From: Methanobacteriota archaeon
Lineage (GTDB): Archaea > Thermoplasmatota > Poseidoniia > Poseidoniales > Thalassarchaeaceae
Assembly: GCA_016845365.1 (NCBI GenBank)
Contig: JAERST010000003.1
Location: 8,961 to 72,960, forward strand
Direction of reading: 5' to 3'
Length of the DNA: 64,000 nucleotides
The translations under genes and the position numbers were made by a program. The notes beneath the pieces were generated by a model. That model was not told the origin of the DNA. It made no database searches and saw nothing but the letters and a program-made list of their open reading frames with translations. This document shows positions 20,305 to 29,781 of the stretch, piece after piece. Within the stretch, counting starts at the first letter, position 1. Each line of letters starts with the position of its first letter.

Positions 20305-20946
20305 GTGGGTGAGGAAATCGAGGGCGGCGATGCCCAGAATGAGGCCCCTGACCGGGCGGCCTCGCAGAAGGAGCCCACCAACGAAAAAGCACCACCCGAG
20401 ACCCAATTGAAGATGCTAGCACTACTCCTCATCGCCGCTTACATACTCAGCGATGGCGAGGTCCTCAACCAGTTTGGGTTGACAAGCGACCCGCCAGCAC
20501 CCGACCCCCAACCCGAACACTGGCCAGCAGAGTGGGCAGGGACCCAAGTCGTCTGCGTGCATTGGCCAGCAGCGGTATGGCCAACCGATGAGGTACCGTT
20601 ACCCGAAATCCACCGCACGATCGGCACCGCAGGCGAGCCACCAAACCAGATTCCCACCACAGAACCTGGGACGGCCATCGAGTGCGTTGGTGGGATCACC
20701 AATGCCAGCACAGTCGAAGAGGCGACGCGCCAGGCCGCCGCGAGCGCCGGCTGGAGCGTCGAATCACACGACGAATACCTTGGAATCATCATCGACGACA
20801 TCCGAGCGCACGGAATGGGCGCTTTGGAACCGGGAGAAACCAGGGAGTGGGAGTTTTGGCAGGGCGAGACCATCGGGGCGCAGTCCGTCGATCAAGCGAG
20901 GATGGCGAGCGAATCTTGGGTGGTTTGGAGAATCGTGAGCAACTGA
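20305..20946 (+). CDS. Membrane-anchored protein with probable DUF4430 (transcobalamin-like C-terminal) domain
   Basis: N-terminal hydrophobic anchor; TVEEAT...YLGIIIDDI...WEFW...SVD...VVW pattern; start may be 20413. Confidence 0.55.
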   Translation: MGEEIEGGDAQNEAPDRAASQKEPTNEKAPPETQLKMLALLLIAAYILSDGEVLNQFGLTSDPPAPDPQPEHWPAEWAGTQVVCVHWPAAVWPTDEVPLPEIHRTIGTAGEPPNQIPTTEPGTAIECVGGITNASTVEEATRQAAASAGWSVESHDEYLGIIIDDIRAHGMGALEPGETREWEFWQGETIGAQSVDQARMASESWVVWRIVSN

Positions 20947-21027
20947 GCCGAGAGTAGCAATTTCGAGGAACAGCGGAGATATTCAGATCGCCGAAAACCC
21001 ATATACGGCAGGACGACCGGCTGAAAC

Positions 21028-22266
21028 ATGACTGCACTCTTCACCTCAGAATCGGTGAGCGCAGGACACCCCGACAAGGTCTGCGATGCGATCTCAGATT
21101 CTATTGTCGACGCGTGTCTTTCGGTCGATTCCAACGCACGCGTCGCGGTCGAAACTCTGGTCAAAGGATTGGGTGATTCCTCGGTTATTGTGCTCGCTGG
21201 TGAAGTCAGTCTGAATGGTGAGACGCCCGATTACGAGGAGATTGCACGGGCGACTGCAGCGAGGATCGGATACACCGACCATTCGATTGGAATGGATGCA
21301 ACCTCGAGCGAGCGCTGTGAGGTGCAAGTCCACATTACAACTCAGGCTGCCAACATCGCCCAAGGAGTCGATGGAGATTCACTGGATGATGTCGGTGCAG
21401 GCGACCAAGGCATGATGTTCGGCTACGCCTGCACCGAGACCGAGGCTGAAGGGGAATTGCAAGGGCGCTTCTTTCCGCTTCCCGCCGCCCTTGCTCAACG
21501 AATTTGTCGCCGCCTCGACATGATTGTCGCGAGCGGCGAAATCGATTGGATTCGACCTGATGGAAAGAGTCAGGTTACGGTCGAATATGATGATGCTGGA
21601 AATCCACTGCGAGTTCACACCGTTGTCGTCGCAGTGCAACACGATGACACCTTGAAGGAGCGATTTGGAGGCGATATCGAGGCCGAGCAAGCCCACATCC
21701 GCGAGGTCGTCAAGAGCGAAGTCGTCGAACACGCGATTCCAGAGCACTGGCTCGCGGATGGCTACATTTTGCACGTCAATGGGACGGGTCGCTTCGCCGA
21801 CCCAGGCGGCCCGTACGCAGATGCAGGAATCACGGGCCGCAAAATCGTCGTCGATACTTACGGCGGCATGGCCCGCCACGGCGGAGGGGCATTTTCTGGA
21901 AAAGACCCGACCAAGGTTGACCGCTCCGCCACCTACTACGCGCGCTGGGCTGCAAAGCACGTCGTCGCGGCAGGCCTTGCCAGCCGCTGCGAAATCCAAG
22001 TTGCCTACGTCATCGGTGTGGCAGCACCGGTTAGCCTTCGCGTCGAGACCTTTGGAACCGGTGAAACCAGCGAGGATGAACTCACCAAGAGAGTAGCCGA
22101 TGTATTCGACTTCCGCCCCGCAGCCATCGCGAGTGATTTGCAACTTCACCGCCCGCTATATTCAGCAACCGCCGCGGGCGGTCATTTCGGACGCCCACCA
22201 ACCGATGAAGGCCACTTCGAGTGGGAGCGCCTCGACGATGCTCGCATCGTCGCCTTGCAGTCTTGA
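21028..22266 (+). CDS. metK: S-adenosylmethionine synthetase, bacterial/eukaryotic type
   Basis: FTSESVSAGHPDK, GAGDQG, RPDGKSQV, GRKIVVDTYGG, GGGAFSGKDPTKVDRS. Confidence 0.97.
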   Translation: MTALFTSESVSAGHPDKVCDAISDSIVDACLSVDSNARVAVETLVKGLGDSSVIVLAGEVSLNGETPDYEEIARATAARIGYTDHSIGMDATSSERCEVQVHITTQAANIAQGVDGDSLDDVGAGDQGMMFGYACTETEAEGELQGRFFPLPAALAQRICRRLDMIVASGEIDWIRPDGKSQVTVEYDDAGNPLRVHTVVVAVQHDDTLKERFGGDIEAEQAHIREVVKSEVVEHAIPEHWLADGYILHVNGTGRFADPGGPYADAGITGRKIVVDTYGGMARHGGGAFSGKDPTKVDRSATYYARWAAKHVVAAGLASRCEIQVAYVIGVAAPVSLRVETFGTGETSEDELTKRVADVFDFRPAAIASDLQLHRPLYSATAAGGHFGRPPTDEGHFEWERLDDARIVALQS

Positions 22267-22329
22267 GCGAGAATCAGCGGCTCGCTGAGCGACCGATGAA
22301 CACATCAACGGGCGGCAAGCCGCCCGACC

Positions 22330-23985
22330 ATGGCACGCGAGCTCATCCGCATCGAGGATGTGCACCGCGCCTTCGGTGCAGTCAAGGTTCTCGACAGCAT
22401 CAATCTGCGAATCGACGAAGGCGACCGAATCGGCGTGGTCGGCCATAACGGCGCGGGTAAAACCACGCTACTGCGGACCATTTCTAACCAAGACCAAGAC
22501 ATTGGCGACATCGTCTTCGCCCCCGGATTGCGCCTCGCATTCCTAACTCAAATTCGCGATATCGACGAGGGGGCGACCCTCGAAGAAGAACTCAATCGAC
22601 GAGGTCGCCAATTCCAAGAACTCGAGGACGAAATCGCCGCCCTCGAAGCAAAAATGGCTGACCCATCATTCTACGAGGGCGACTGGCAACCAGACATCGA
22701 CCGCTACCAAGAATTACAATCGATGATGGCGCGCAGCGGCGGCACAAATGTCGCCAGCCATGCCCAAGAAATTCTGCGCGCCCTCGACCTCGCTCACCAC
22801 CCGCTCAATATGCCACTCGCAGACCTCTCGGGAGGCGAGCGCGCAAAGGTAGCTCTGGCTCGCCAACTCGTCGGCCTCTCAGAAATCGACGTCTTCTTCC
22901 TCGACGAGCCGACCAACCACCTTGACCTCGCGACCCTCGATTGGCTCGAAACCTTCCTCAATACCTTCGAGGGAGCGCTTCTACTCGTCAGCCACGACCG
23001 CTATTTCCTCGACCGGGTTTGTAACGGGATTGTCGAAATTCAGGACACGCGGGCGAAGGGTTACCACGGTAATTACAGCTCGTACCTGCAGCAAAAGGAA
23101 CTCTTCCTGCAAACCCTCGCCGACCGCATCAAAAAAACCGAAGCTGAGGTAAAACGCCTCACTGGGGCACTGCAGTCGATGAAGCGCGCCAATAAATACG
23201 ACAAATCGATTTCCCAAAAGCGATTTTTGTTGGCGCGCGCGCAAGGTGAATTGCGCTGGCTGAAAGCGCTGAAACCGCGCCAGCGCCGAGGACTGAATTT
23301 CAGGTTGGAATCGACCGAGAAGAGCAGTCTAGAAGTCCTCGACTTCCACAATGCAACCCTGACCTTTGAGGGGCTGAATAGACCGATCATCAAAGGTCTG
23401 GAACTCGGTGTCTCTCGGGCCCAGAAGATAGGCATTGTCGGACCCAACGGCGCAGGTAAAACCACGCTACTGCGCCTCATCCAAGGCGAACTCGAACTTG
23501 ATTCGGGAAGCATCGATGTCAAGCCAGGAGTGCAAATCGGCTACTTCCATCAAGACCACCGATCACTCAATTTCGACTTGACGCCCGTCGAGCAGGTACG
23601 CGCCCTCAAGCCGCGCATGGATTACGGAGATGTCCGCGCCCTGCTCGGCCGCTTCCAATTCACCAGCGAAATGGTCGAGACAAAACTCTCCAAATTGAGC
23701 GGGGGCGAGCGAGCACGAATCGCCATGCTCAAGCTCCTGCTCGAAGACAATAATCTGCTCCTCCTCGACGAGCCGACAAACCATCTCGACACCGATGCCA
23801 AGGAGGCTCTCGAAGAAGCCCTCGAAGAATACGAAGGAAGCATCATCACAGTCAGTCACGACAGATGGTTCCTCGACAGAATTTGCGATACCATCTGGGA
23901 ATTGCCCGGTGACGGAAGCGTATGGATTTGGCCTGGCAATTACTCTGATTACATCCGCCGCAAGCGCAAGCAAGAAGACGCGTAG
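22330..23985 (+). CDS. ABC-F family ATP-binding protein
   Basis: Two ABC cassettes (GHNGAGKTT, GPNGAGKTT; LSGGE; LDEPTNHLD), no TM domain. Confidence 0.95.
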   Translation: MARELIRIEDVHRAFGAVKVLDSINLRIDEGDRIGVVGHNGAGKTTLLRTISNQDQDIGDIVFAPGLRLAFLTQIRDIDEGATLEEELNRRGRQFQELEDEIAALEAKMADPSFYEGDWQPDIDRYQELQSMMARSGGTNVASHAQEILRALDLAHHPLNMPLADLSGGERAKVALARQLVGLSEIDVFFLDEPTNHLDLATLDWLETFLNTFEGALLLVSHDRYFLDRVCNGIVEIQDTRAKGYHGNYSSYLQQKELFLQTLADRIKKTEAEVKRLTGALQSMKRANKYDKSISQKRFLLARAQGELRWLKALKPRQRRGLNFRLESTEKSSLEVLDFHNATLTFEGLNRPIIKGLELGVSRAQKIGIVGPNGAGKTTLLRLIQGELELDSGSIDVKPGVQIGYFHQDHRSLNFDLTPVEQVRALKPRMDYGDVRALLGRFQFTSEMVETKLSKLSGGERARIAMLKLLLEDNNLLLLDEPTNHLDTDAKEALEEALEEYEGSIITVSHDRWFLDRICDTIWELPGDGSVWIWPGNYSDYIRRKRKQEDA

Positions 23986-24080
23986 CGATTTTTCCGAAAT
24001 CGGTAAATTTCGTCCGATTTTCCACCGATTTCGGACCTGTCCGGTCAACGGTCTATGGCAGAGTAAGCCCCTCGACCAGC

Positions 24081-27000
24081 ATGGTCGGAAGCCGAACCCC
24101 CACATTGACCGCCCCAAACGCTGTAATTCACAAGAGGAAAATGAACAGAATAGAAGTCGAGCGAGCCCAACTCGCCTCAGCCCTAGTTCTGCTCATGTTA
24201 GCCTCGCTCGCAGCCCCATCGCTGATGGCTACCTCTACCGCTTCCGAGGAGTTAGCACAGGAGCCGACGAGGTTCCCGACAGCCAACGGAACGGTTGACG
24301 AAACCGATGCCCAAACCCTGCTCAGCAATCTCAACGCCAACAATCCAATCGACGTCATGGGTGTGATGGACGATTCCAACCGCATCCACCTAGTTTGGAT
24401 CGAAAATGCAAGCACTCCGCTGCTGCGATACGCTCTCATCCAAGTCTCGAGCGGCATCGACACAGTCCTGATTTCTACCACTCAGGTCGGCGATGCAAAC
24501 GCTACTTCTCTCTCCGCGCCGGCGATGGTTATCGATTCCACCGGCCGCGCTCACATCGTATGGGAAATCACCGATACGGAAATTCTCTACACGCTACTCG
24601 ACCCATCCGAGGATGACCTCGACGGCTCAGCTGGCGACATTCAGAACATGACAATCGCCTCACACACCGTCGCCGACGGCAGCGGTACGCGATCTTCTCC
24701 AGACATCGCCGTCGACTCCTACGACGCCGTTCACATCGTCTGGGTCGATACCTACGACCCTCAGGGCATTTACTTCGGTAGCCCGCTGATCTACTACTGC
24801 ATGCTCTCCGAAGACTCGACGAATGGCTTCCAAGTTCTCATCAACGCAACTCTGGTTACTCCCGCACTAGGTCACCGAGGCAACCCAGCGGTGAGTATCG
24901 GCGCGAACAATACCGTCGTCATCGTCTGGGAAGATACCCGCGGCTCGATAGTCGAGTACGTCGGCTTGATCGATTCATCTGGCTCGATGACGTCGGAGTG
25001 GGCTGATATGTGCGCCGTCTTCTACGGTGGCACTCTGAGTACTGGTGAGAATTTCGCCGGCGTCAAGCCGATGCTCGAGGCGGCGAATATCACCGTCTTG
25101 GAGACGCTTTACACGATTAGTGGCAATATGTATCATGCCAATTCGCACGCGAATTGTGCGAGCGCGGTCTCGACTGGCAACGATGGCTCGAACGGCCCGC
25201 GCTCGACTTATCTGGGCCAGAATGCGACCGATACCTCGGGCGGAATCCGCCCACTAACCGAGGTCGTCTACAATGGTTCAGCGATGACCATCTATTCCGA
25301 TTGGGGATATTGGTCTGAGATGTGGGGCCCAGGTTCGACATGGGCCTGCCAATCGTGGCGCGATGCCTCGGGCAGCGCGCCAGGAAACCCTCCAACCGCT
25401 GTTGACCACGTTTGGAATCCGAACGCGACGAAGCTGGTGATTCCGGTCTCTGACGAGGGACCTTTCGGAGGCTCACCAGCGCTGAACGCGGATGATTACC
25501 AAGCGATAAACGAGTCACACGACGCCTGTTTGCAAGCCGGTGTGACTCCTGTTCCAGTCGCTGGAACCCTCGCTTATGGGGCTAGCACAATCTGGTACAA
25601 TGATACTCACGTGCGTCACCACATGACGAGTTTAGCGCACTGCCCAGACATGAATCAGGTCGGCATTCACGCCCGCACCTGCAATGGCACAACTGTGCAG
25701 AATACCGATGCGGGCGGCGAGATGTTCTACTACCCAACAGAAGAATTGACCCAATTCGACGGCGACTTCGAGAATGGCTACATCACAAGTGGATGGAGTC
25801 AATCCGGAGCCGCGAATTGGTTCGTACAGAGCAATCGAGTGCTCGGTGGCAATTACAGCGCTCAATCGGGTTCAATCGGAGATAGCTCGCACTCGACAAT
25901 CGAGTATGCTGGCGCGATGAATGCAGGAACTCTATCGTTCAATTACTCGATTTCCAGCGAGGCGAATTACGATTATCTACTCTTCTGTGTCGACACCGCA
26001 ACTTGCACGACATCCACTTTCACCGCAGCATGGTCCGGCGAGGCCAATGGAAGCTACACTGCGGCGGTGACCCCGGGTTACCACACCTACACCTGGAAGT
26101 ACGTCAAGGACGTCTCGGTCTCGGGCGGCGACGATAGCGCTTGGATAGACAATGTGCAGATTCCAATCGCTTCTTACACCGATGAGATGAATCAGATGGT
26201 CAGCGCGATTCTCAACATCAGTACAGGAAGTGGGGCCACCAACACCTTCCTCAGCGTCCTCAACCCCTACTCTATTCTCTCGAACCCACGCTCGACCTGG
26301 TCGGTCGGTGACCCCGGTCACACGATCGACGAAGAGACGGGCCAATATCAGGAGGATATCGGCCCGGACACCGATTGGTACTGGCGAGAGGACGGCGGTG
26401 GTTGGGACACCGTCGGACACCTCGTCCTGGTCAATGATACTCAGCTTTCGAAGGGTCACGGCTGGGCCGTGAACCCCGATGTCAATGTTGACGACGATGG
26501 TAATGTACACGTTGTCTGGATCGATGGAAGAAGCGTCTTCCCATCGAAGGAAGGCCCGAGCCAATTGCACTACATGCAGCTCGACCCAGACCGGCAAGGC
26601 GCTCTCGATGGAGCGCCTTGGGGACTTGATTTGGATGAGGTGACAACGGTCAAGGATACCGCTGTGCTTCACTCGAATCTGATTTGGGGCGCTAATCCTC
26701 GCGTCGACTTCGACCGCGATGATTCGATTCACATTACTTGGTTCGAGACGCAGGAATCCAAGTCCGAAAAAGCAGGAGTAGTCGAACTGCGCTGGACTCG
26801 AATCCAGTCGCCGGTGATGAACGGATTCGAGGAATTGCCTCTGAACCGCTACCTCACGCAGGCGTATACGGTTGTCAACACGCGAACGATTACTAGCAGC
26901 ACTCAGAATTTGATGGGTGTATTCGGTAGCGAGTTCGATTCGAGCGCTCAGCCGATCGTTCGCTTTGCATGGCCTGAGCGCACGATTGCTTGGACTGCTA

Positions 27001-28970
27001 ACGATTGTACGAATGAGGAGAGCCAGGCGAATAAGTGGGATGTTTGCAAGTGGAGCGAGGATATGTTCGACATGGCTCTCGACCTCGACCCGACAGAGAC
27101 GGGACACGTTACGATGCAACCTGGACAATCGGTCGAGGTGGCAATGAATCTGCGTGGTATTCAGGTGCCCGGCTCGGTAGATCCGGTCACCATCGAAGCC
27201 GACGGAGCTCCTGCGGACTGGGAGATTTCAGTCGGCTTCGGAGAGAATTACCAGCCGAGCAGTACCGTGACTGAAGGCGGCGAAGAGGATGTATTCCTGC
27301 TGATTAGCGCACCTGATATTCGGCTGGTGAATGAGAATCAACGATTCCACATCGTCGTGACCGTTCAATCCACGACCGACGAATACGCATCTGCGACCCA
27401 GTCGGTGCTCGTCGACCTAGTGAACGAGAATGATTGGAACGACGATGACCAAGACGGAGTCCCCGATGAGGACGACCAATGTCAGTACGGCGAATCCGAT
27501 TGGTATTCAGGAGCGATGACAGACCATGATGGAGATGGTTGTCGCGACGCCACCGAGGATTTGGATGACGATAACGACGGTGTCGAAGACCTCGTCGATG
27601 AGTGCCCAACCGGCGCGATGAACCCGGATAGGGTCGATGCGGACGGCGATGGTTGTGACGATGTTCTCGAGGATACGGACAATGATGGAGACGGAGTGCC
27701 GAACCATCTGGACCAATGTCCTGAGGGCGCGCAATATTGGAACTCATTCTCGACCGACCACGATGGTGACGGATGCCGCGATCCAGACGAGGATGACAAC
27801 GATGACAACGACCCTTACCTCGATGTCGACGATGACTGTCCTAGCGGCGTCATCGGATGGAGTGGAGCGGCTTACGACCACGATTCCGACGGCTGTCAGG
27901 ATTACGAGGAAGACCTCGACGACGATAATGACGGAGTCTTGGACCGCGATGATTCATGCCCATACGGAATGCTCGATTGGATTTCGAATGAAATCAGCGA
28001 TCACGACCGAGATGGCTGCAATGATGCCTACGAGGACGCGGATGTCGACGATGACGGCGTCCTCGACGTAGATGACCTATGCACAACTGGAATGTTCGGC
28101 TGGGATTCGAGCCCACTGAACGATTGGGATGGCGATGGCTGTCACGATGCTGAAGAGGACGAGGATGATGATGGCGATGGATTCCTCGACGCAGACGATT
28201 CCTGCCCTCGCAGCCAGACTCCACACATCGTTGATGCCGATAACGACGGCTGCGACGACCGCAGCGAGGACGATGACCTCGATAACGATGGAATCGTAAC
28301 CTCCGAGGATAATTGCGAGACCAATCCAACACCAGGATGGGTCTCAGCCCTCAATTCTGACCGCGACCGAGACGGATGTGCTGACGCAACCGAGGACGAT
28401 GATGACGATGGCGATGGAGTCCTCGACATAGTCGATGCCTGCCCGCTCAGCAACCGCCTAACATCCGACCACGATAGCGATGGTTGCATGGACGAATTCG
28501 ACCTCGATGACGATGGCGATGGAATCCCTGACTCTCGCGACCAGTGCGCGCGCGGTGCGCTCGGCTGGACCTCTTCGAAGTCAACAGATGTCGATGGGGA
28601 TGGATGTGCCGACGCCAGCGAGGACCTCTCGCTGCCGCGCGGAATCATTGGCACGATTACCGACTCGCCAATTCTGATGGCAGCGATCGGCGCCTTGGTA
28701 GTCGTTGGACTGCTTGGCGCCGCTCTGCAATCTCGACCTCGCGGCCGCGGATCAAGAACTGAGGCCCGCGACGATACTCGCGAGGTCGCCGAATCGATGC
28801 GCGAAGAGGCTCTTTGGGAAGTAAAGACCGAGCCGATTAGCACTCCTCGGGCTGTCGAGAGCGAAGGTGATGACCAGTACCAGAAGTTGGTTGAGACCGG
28901 CTATTCACCTGAGGTTGCCCGCGCGATTGTATCCTCTGAGGATGCCCTACGCAAGAGAAACGGAGAGTGA
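24081..28970 (+). CDS. Large membrane-anchored surface protein with propeller-like repeats, vWA-like insert, beta-sandwich and thrombospondin type-3 repeats
   Basis: Signal peptide, repeated HIVW/HVVW blades, DSSGSM MIDAS-like motif, many DxDxDGC repeats, C-terminal TM helix; start may be 24141. Confidence 0.88.
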   Translation: MVGSRTPTLTAPNAVIHKRKMNRIEVERAQLASALVLLMLASLAAPSLMATSTASEELAQEPTRFPTANGTVDETDAQTLLSNLNANNPIDVMGVMDDSNRIHLVWIENASTPLLRYALIQVSSGIDTVLISTTQVGDANATSLSAPAMVIDSTGRAHIVWEITDTEILYTLLDPSEDDLDGSAGDIQNMTIASHTVADGSGTRSSPDIAVDSYDAVHIVWVDTYDPQGIYFGSPLIYYCMLSEDSTNGFQVLINATLVTPALGHRGNPAVSIGANNTVVIVWEDTRGSIVEYVGLIDSSGSMTSEWADMCAVFYGGTLSTGENFAGVKPMLEAANITVLETLYTISGNMYHANSHANCASAVSTGNDGSNGPRSTYLGQNATDTSGGIRPLTEVVYNGSAMTIYSDWGYWSEMWGPGSTWACQSWRDASGSAPGNPPTAVDHVWNPNATKLVIPVSDEGPFGGSPALNADDYQAINESHDACLQAGVTPVPVAGTLAYGASTIWYNDTHVRHHMTSLAHCPDMNQVGIHARTCNGTTVQNTDAGGEMFYYPTEELTQFDGDFENGYITSGWSQSGAANWFVQSNRVLGGNYSAQSGSIGDSSHSTIEYAGAMNAGTLSFNYSISSEANYDYLLFCVDTATCTTSTFTAAWSGEANGSYTAAVTPGYHTYTWKYVKDVSVSGGDDSAWIDNVQIPIASYTDEMNQMVSAILNISTGSGATNTFLSVLNPYSILSNPRSTWSVGDPGHTIDEETGQYQEDIGPDTDWYWREDGGGWDTVGHLVLVNDTQLSKGHGWAVNPDVNVDDDGNVHVVWIDGRSVFPSKEGPSQLHYMQLDPDRQGALDGAPWGLDLDEVTTVKDTAVLHSNLIWGANPRVDFDRDDSIHITWFETQESKSEKAGVVELRWTRIQSPVMNGFEELPLNRYLTQAYTVVNTRTITSSTQNLMGVFGSEFDSSAQPIVRFAWPERTIAWTANDCTNEESQANKWDVCKWSEDMFDMALDLDPTETGHVTMQPGQSVEVAMNLRGIQVPGSVDPVTIEADGAPADWEISVGFGENYQPSSTVTEGGEEDVFLLISAPDIRLVNENQRFHIVVTVQSTTDEYASATQSVLVDLVNENDWNDDDQDGVPDEDDQCQYGESDWYSGAMTDHDGDGCRDATEDLDDDNDGVEDLVDECPTGAMNPDRVDADGDGCDDVLEDTDNDGDGVPNHLDQCPEGAQYWNSFSTDHDGDGCRDPDEDDNDDNDPYLDVDDDCPSGVIGWSGAAYDHDSDGCQDYEEDLDDDNDGVLDRDDSCPYGMLDWISNEISDHDRDGCNDAYEDADVDDDGVLDVDDLCTTGMFGWDSSPLNDWDGDGCHDAEEDEDDDGDGFLDADDSCPRSQTPHIVDADNDGCDDRSEDDDLDNDGIVTSEDNCETNPTPGWVSALNSDRDRDGCADATEDDDDDGDGVLDIVDACPLSNRLTSDHDSDGCMDEFDLDDDGDGIPDSRDQCARGALGWTSSKSTDVDGDGCADASEDLSLPRGIIGTITDSPILMAAIGALVVVGLLGAALQSRPRGRGSRTEARDDTREVAESMREEALWEVKTEPISTPRAVESEGDDQYQKLVETGYSPEVARAIVSSEDALRKRNGE
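27432..28625 (+). repeat. Intragenic thrombospondin type-3 (Ca-binding) repeat array
   Basis: Tandem units like DHDGDGCRD...DDDNDGVxDxxDxCP. Confidence 0.9.
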
Positions 28971-29078
28971 ATCCGCATGAAGGGGGGAATGGGTGGCGAT
29001 TCGCCACCCACGACCTCCCGACCGCGGGCGAGCACCTTGAAAGCCACTCGGGGTGACTGAAAGGTGCGAGGCAATCAC

Positions 29079-29732
29079 ATGAGAGCGGTCCGGGTCGAGT
29101 GCGCTTACGCTGCTCTTGAGCACGATAATCGCGCACTCGCAGCCTTGCAGTGCATCTCTTGGGACTTCAGGTCGATGCTCGGAATGGTCGACGGAAATCT
29201 CAGGATAATGGTCGAGTGTATCACCATCGATGGTAATTGCCCGCCTCCCGGAACCTATGTCGATGGAATTCGCATCGTCGAGATTCTCGAAGAGTGGCAG
29301 TCAGACATTCTGACTCACCACCTGATAGTGATGGAATTCGCCGCCGATTTCGTCGGCCACTATTTCCACGGCGGCGACTTAGCGATCCTCGCCGGCTCGA
29401 ACTTCACGGCCAGCGGATTAGTTCTGCAAATCGCTGGCCGCCACGATGCCATGGTCAAGTTCCTCTCGGATGTTAGGTCCAAGGTGCCGGTTGAGCGCGT
29501 CACCTCGGCAAAGGGCTCGGAAGGCTTGGTGCAGAAGGGGCCGACTCTGCAACAGCACCGTGTCGTTCGCATGGCCCACGAGTGTGGCTGGTATGAGGTG
29601 CCGAAGCGAACCTCGATTCGAGAATTGGCCGACAAGCTGGGCTTGTCGAAATCGACGGTTGCAGAGCAATTGGTCAAGGCCGAGGGTGAAATCGTTGCAA
29701 GTTTCCTCGACACCTCACTTGGAAATGAGTGA
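29079..29732 (+). CDS. Archaeal HTH_10 (bacterio-opsin activator-type) transcriptional regulator
   Basis: C-terminal TLQQHRVVRMAHECGWYEVPKRTSIRELADKLGLSKSTVAEQLVKAE. Confidence 0.9.
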   Translation: MRAVRVECAYAALEHDNRALAALQCISWDFRSMLGMVDGNLRIMVECITIDGNCPPPGTYVDGIRIVEILEEWQSDILTHHLIVMEFAADFVGHYFHGGDLAILAGSNFTASGLVLQIAGRHDAMVKFLSDVRSKVPVERVTSAKGSEGLVQKGPTLQQHRVVRMAHECGWYEVPKRTSIRELADKLGLSKSTVAEQLVKAEGEIVASFLDTSLGNE

Positions 29733-29781
29733 TTTTTCCGGCTGGCAGGGATGGTCGCCACCAATCGGTTGGCGCTCGGGG

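Noticed and set aside
25977..27128. 383-aa minus-strand ORF and similar long antisense ORFs
   Set aside because: Shadow frames of well-supported genes, expected at this GC content
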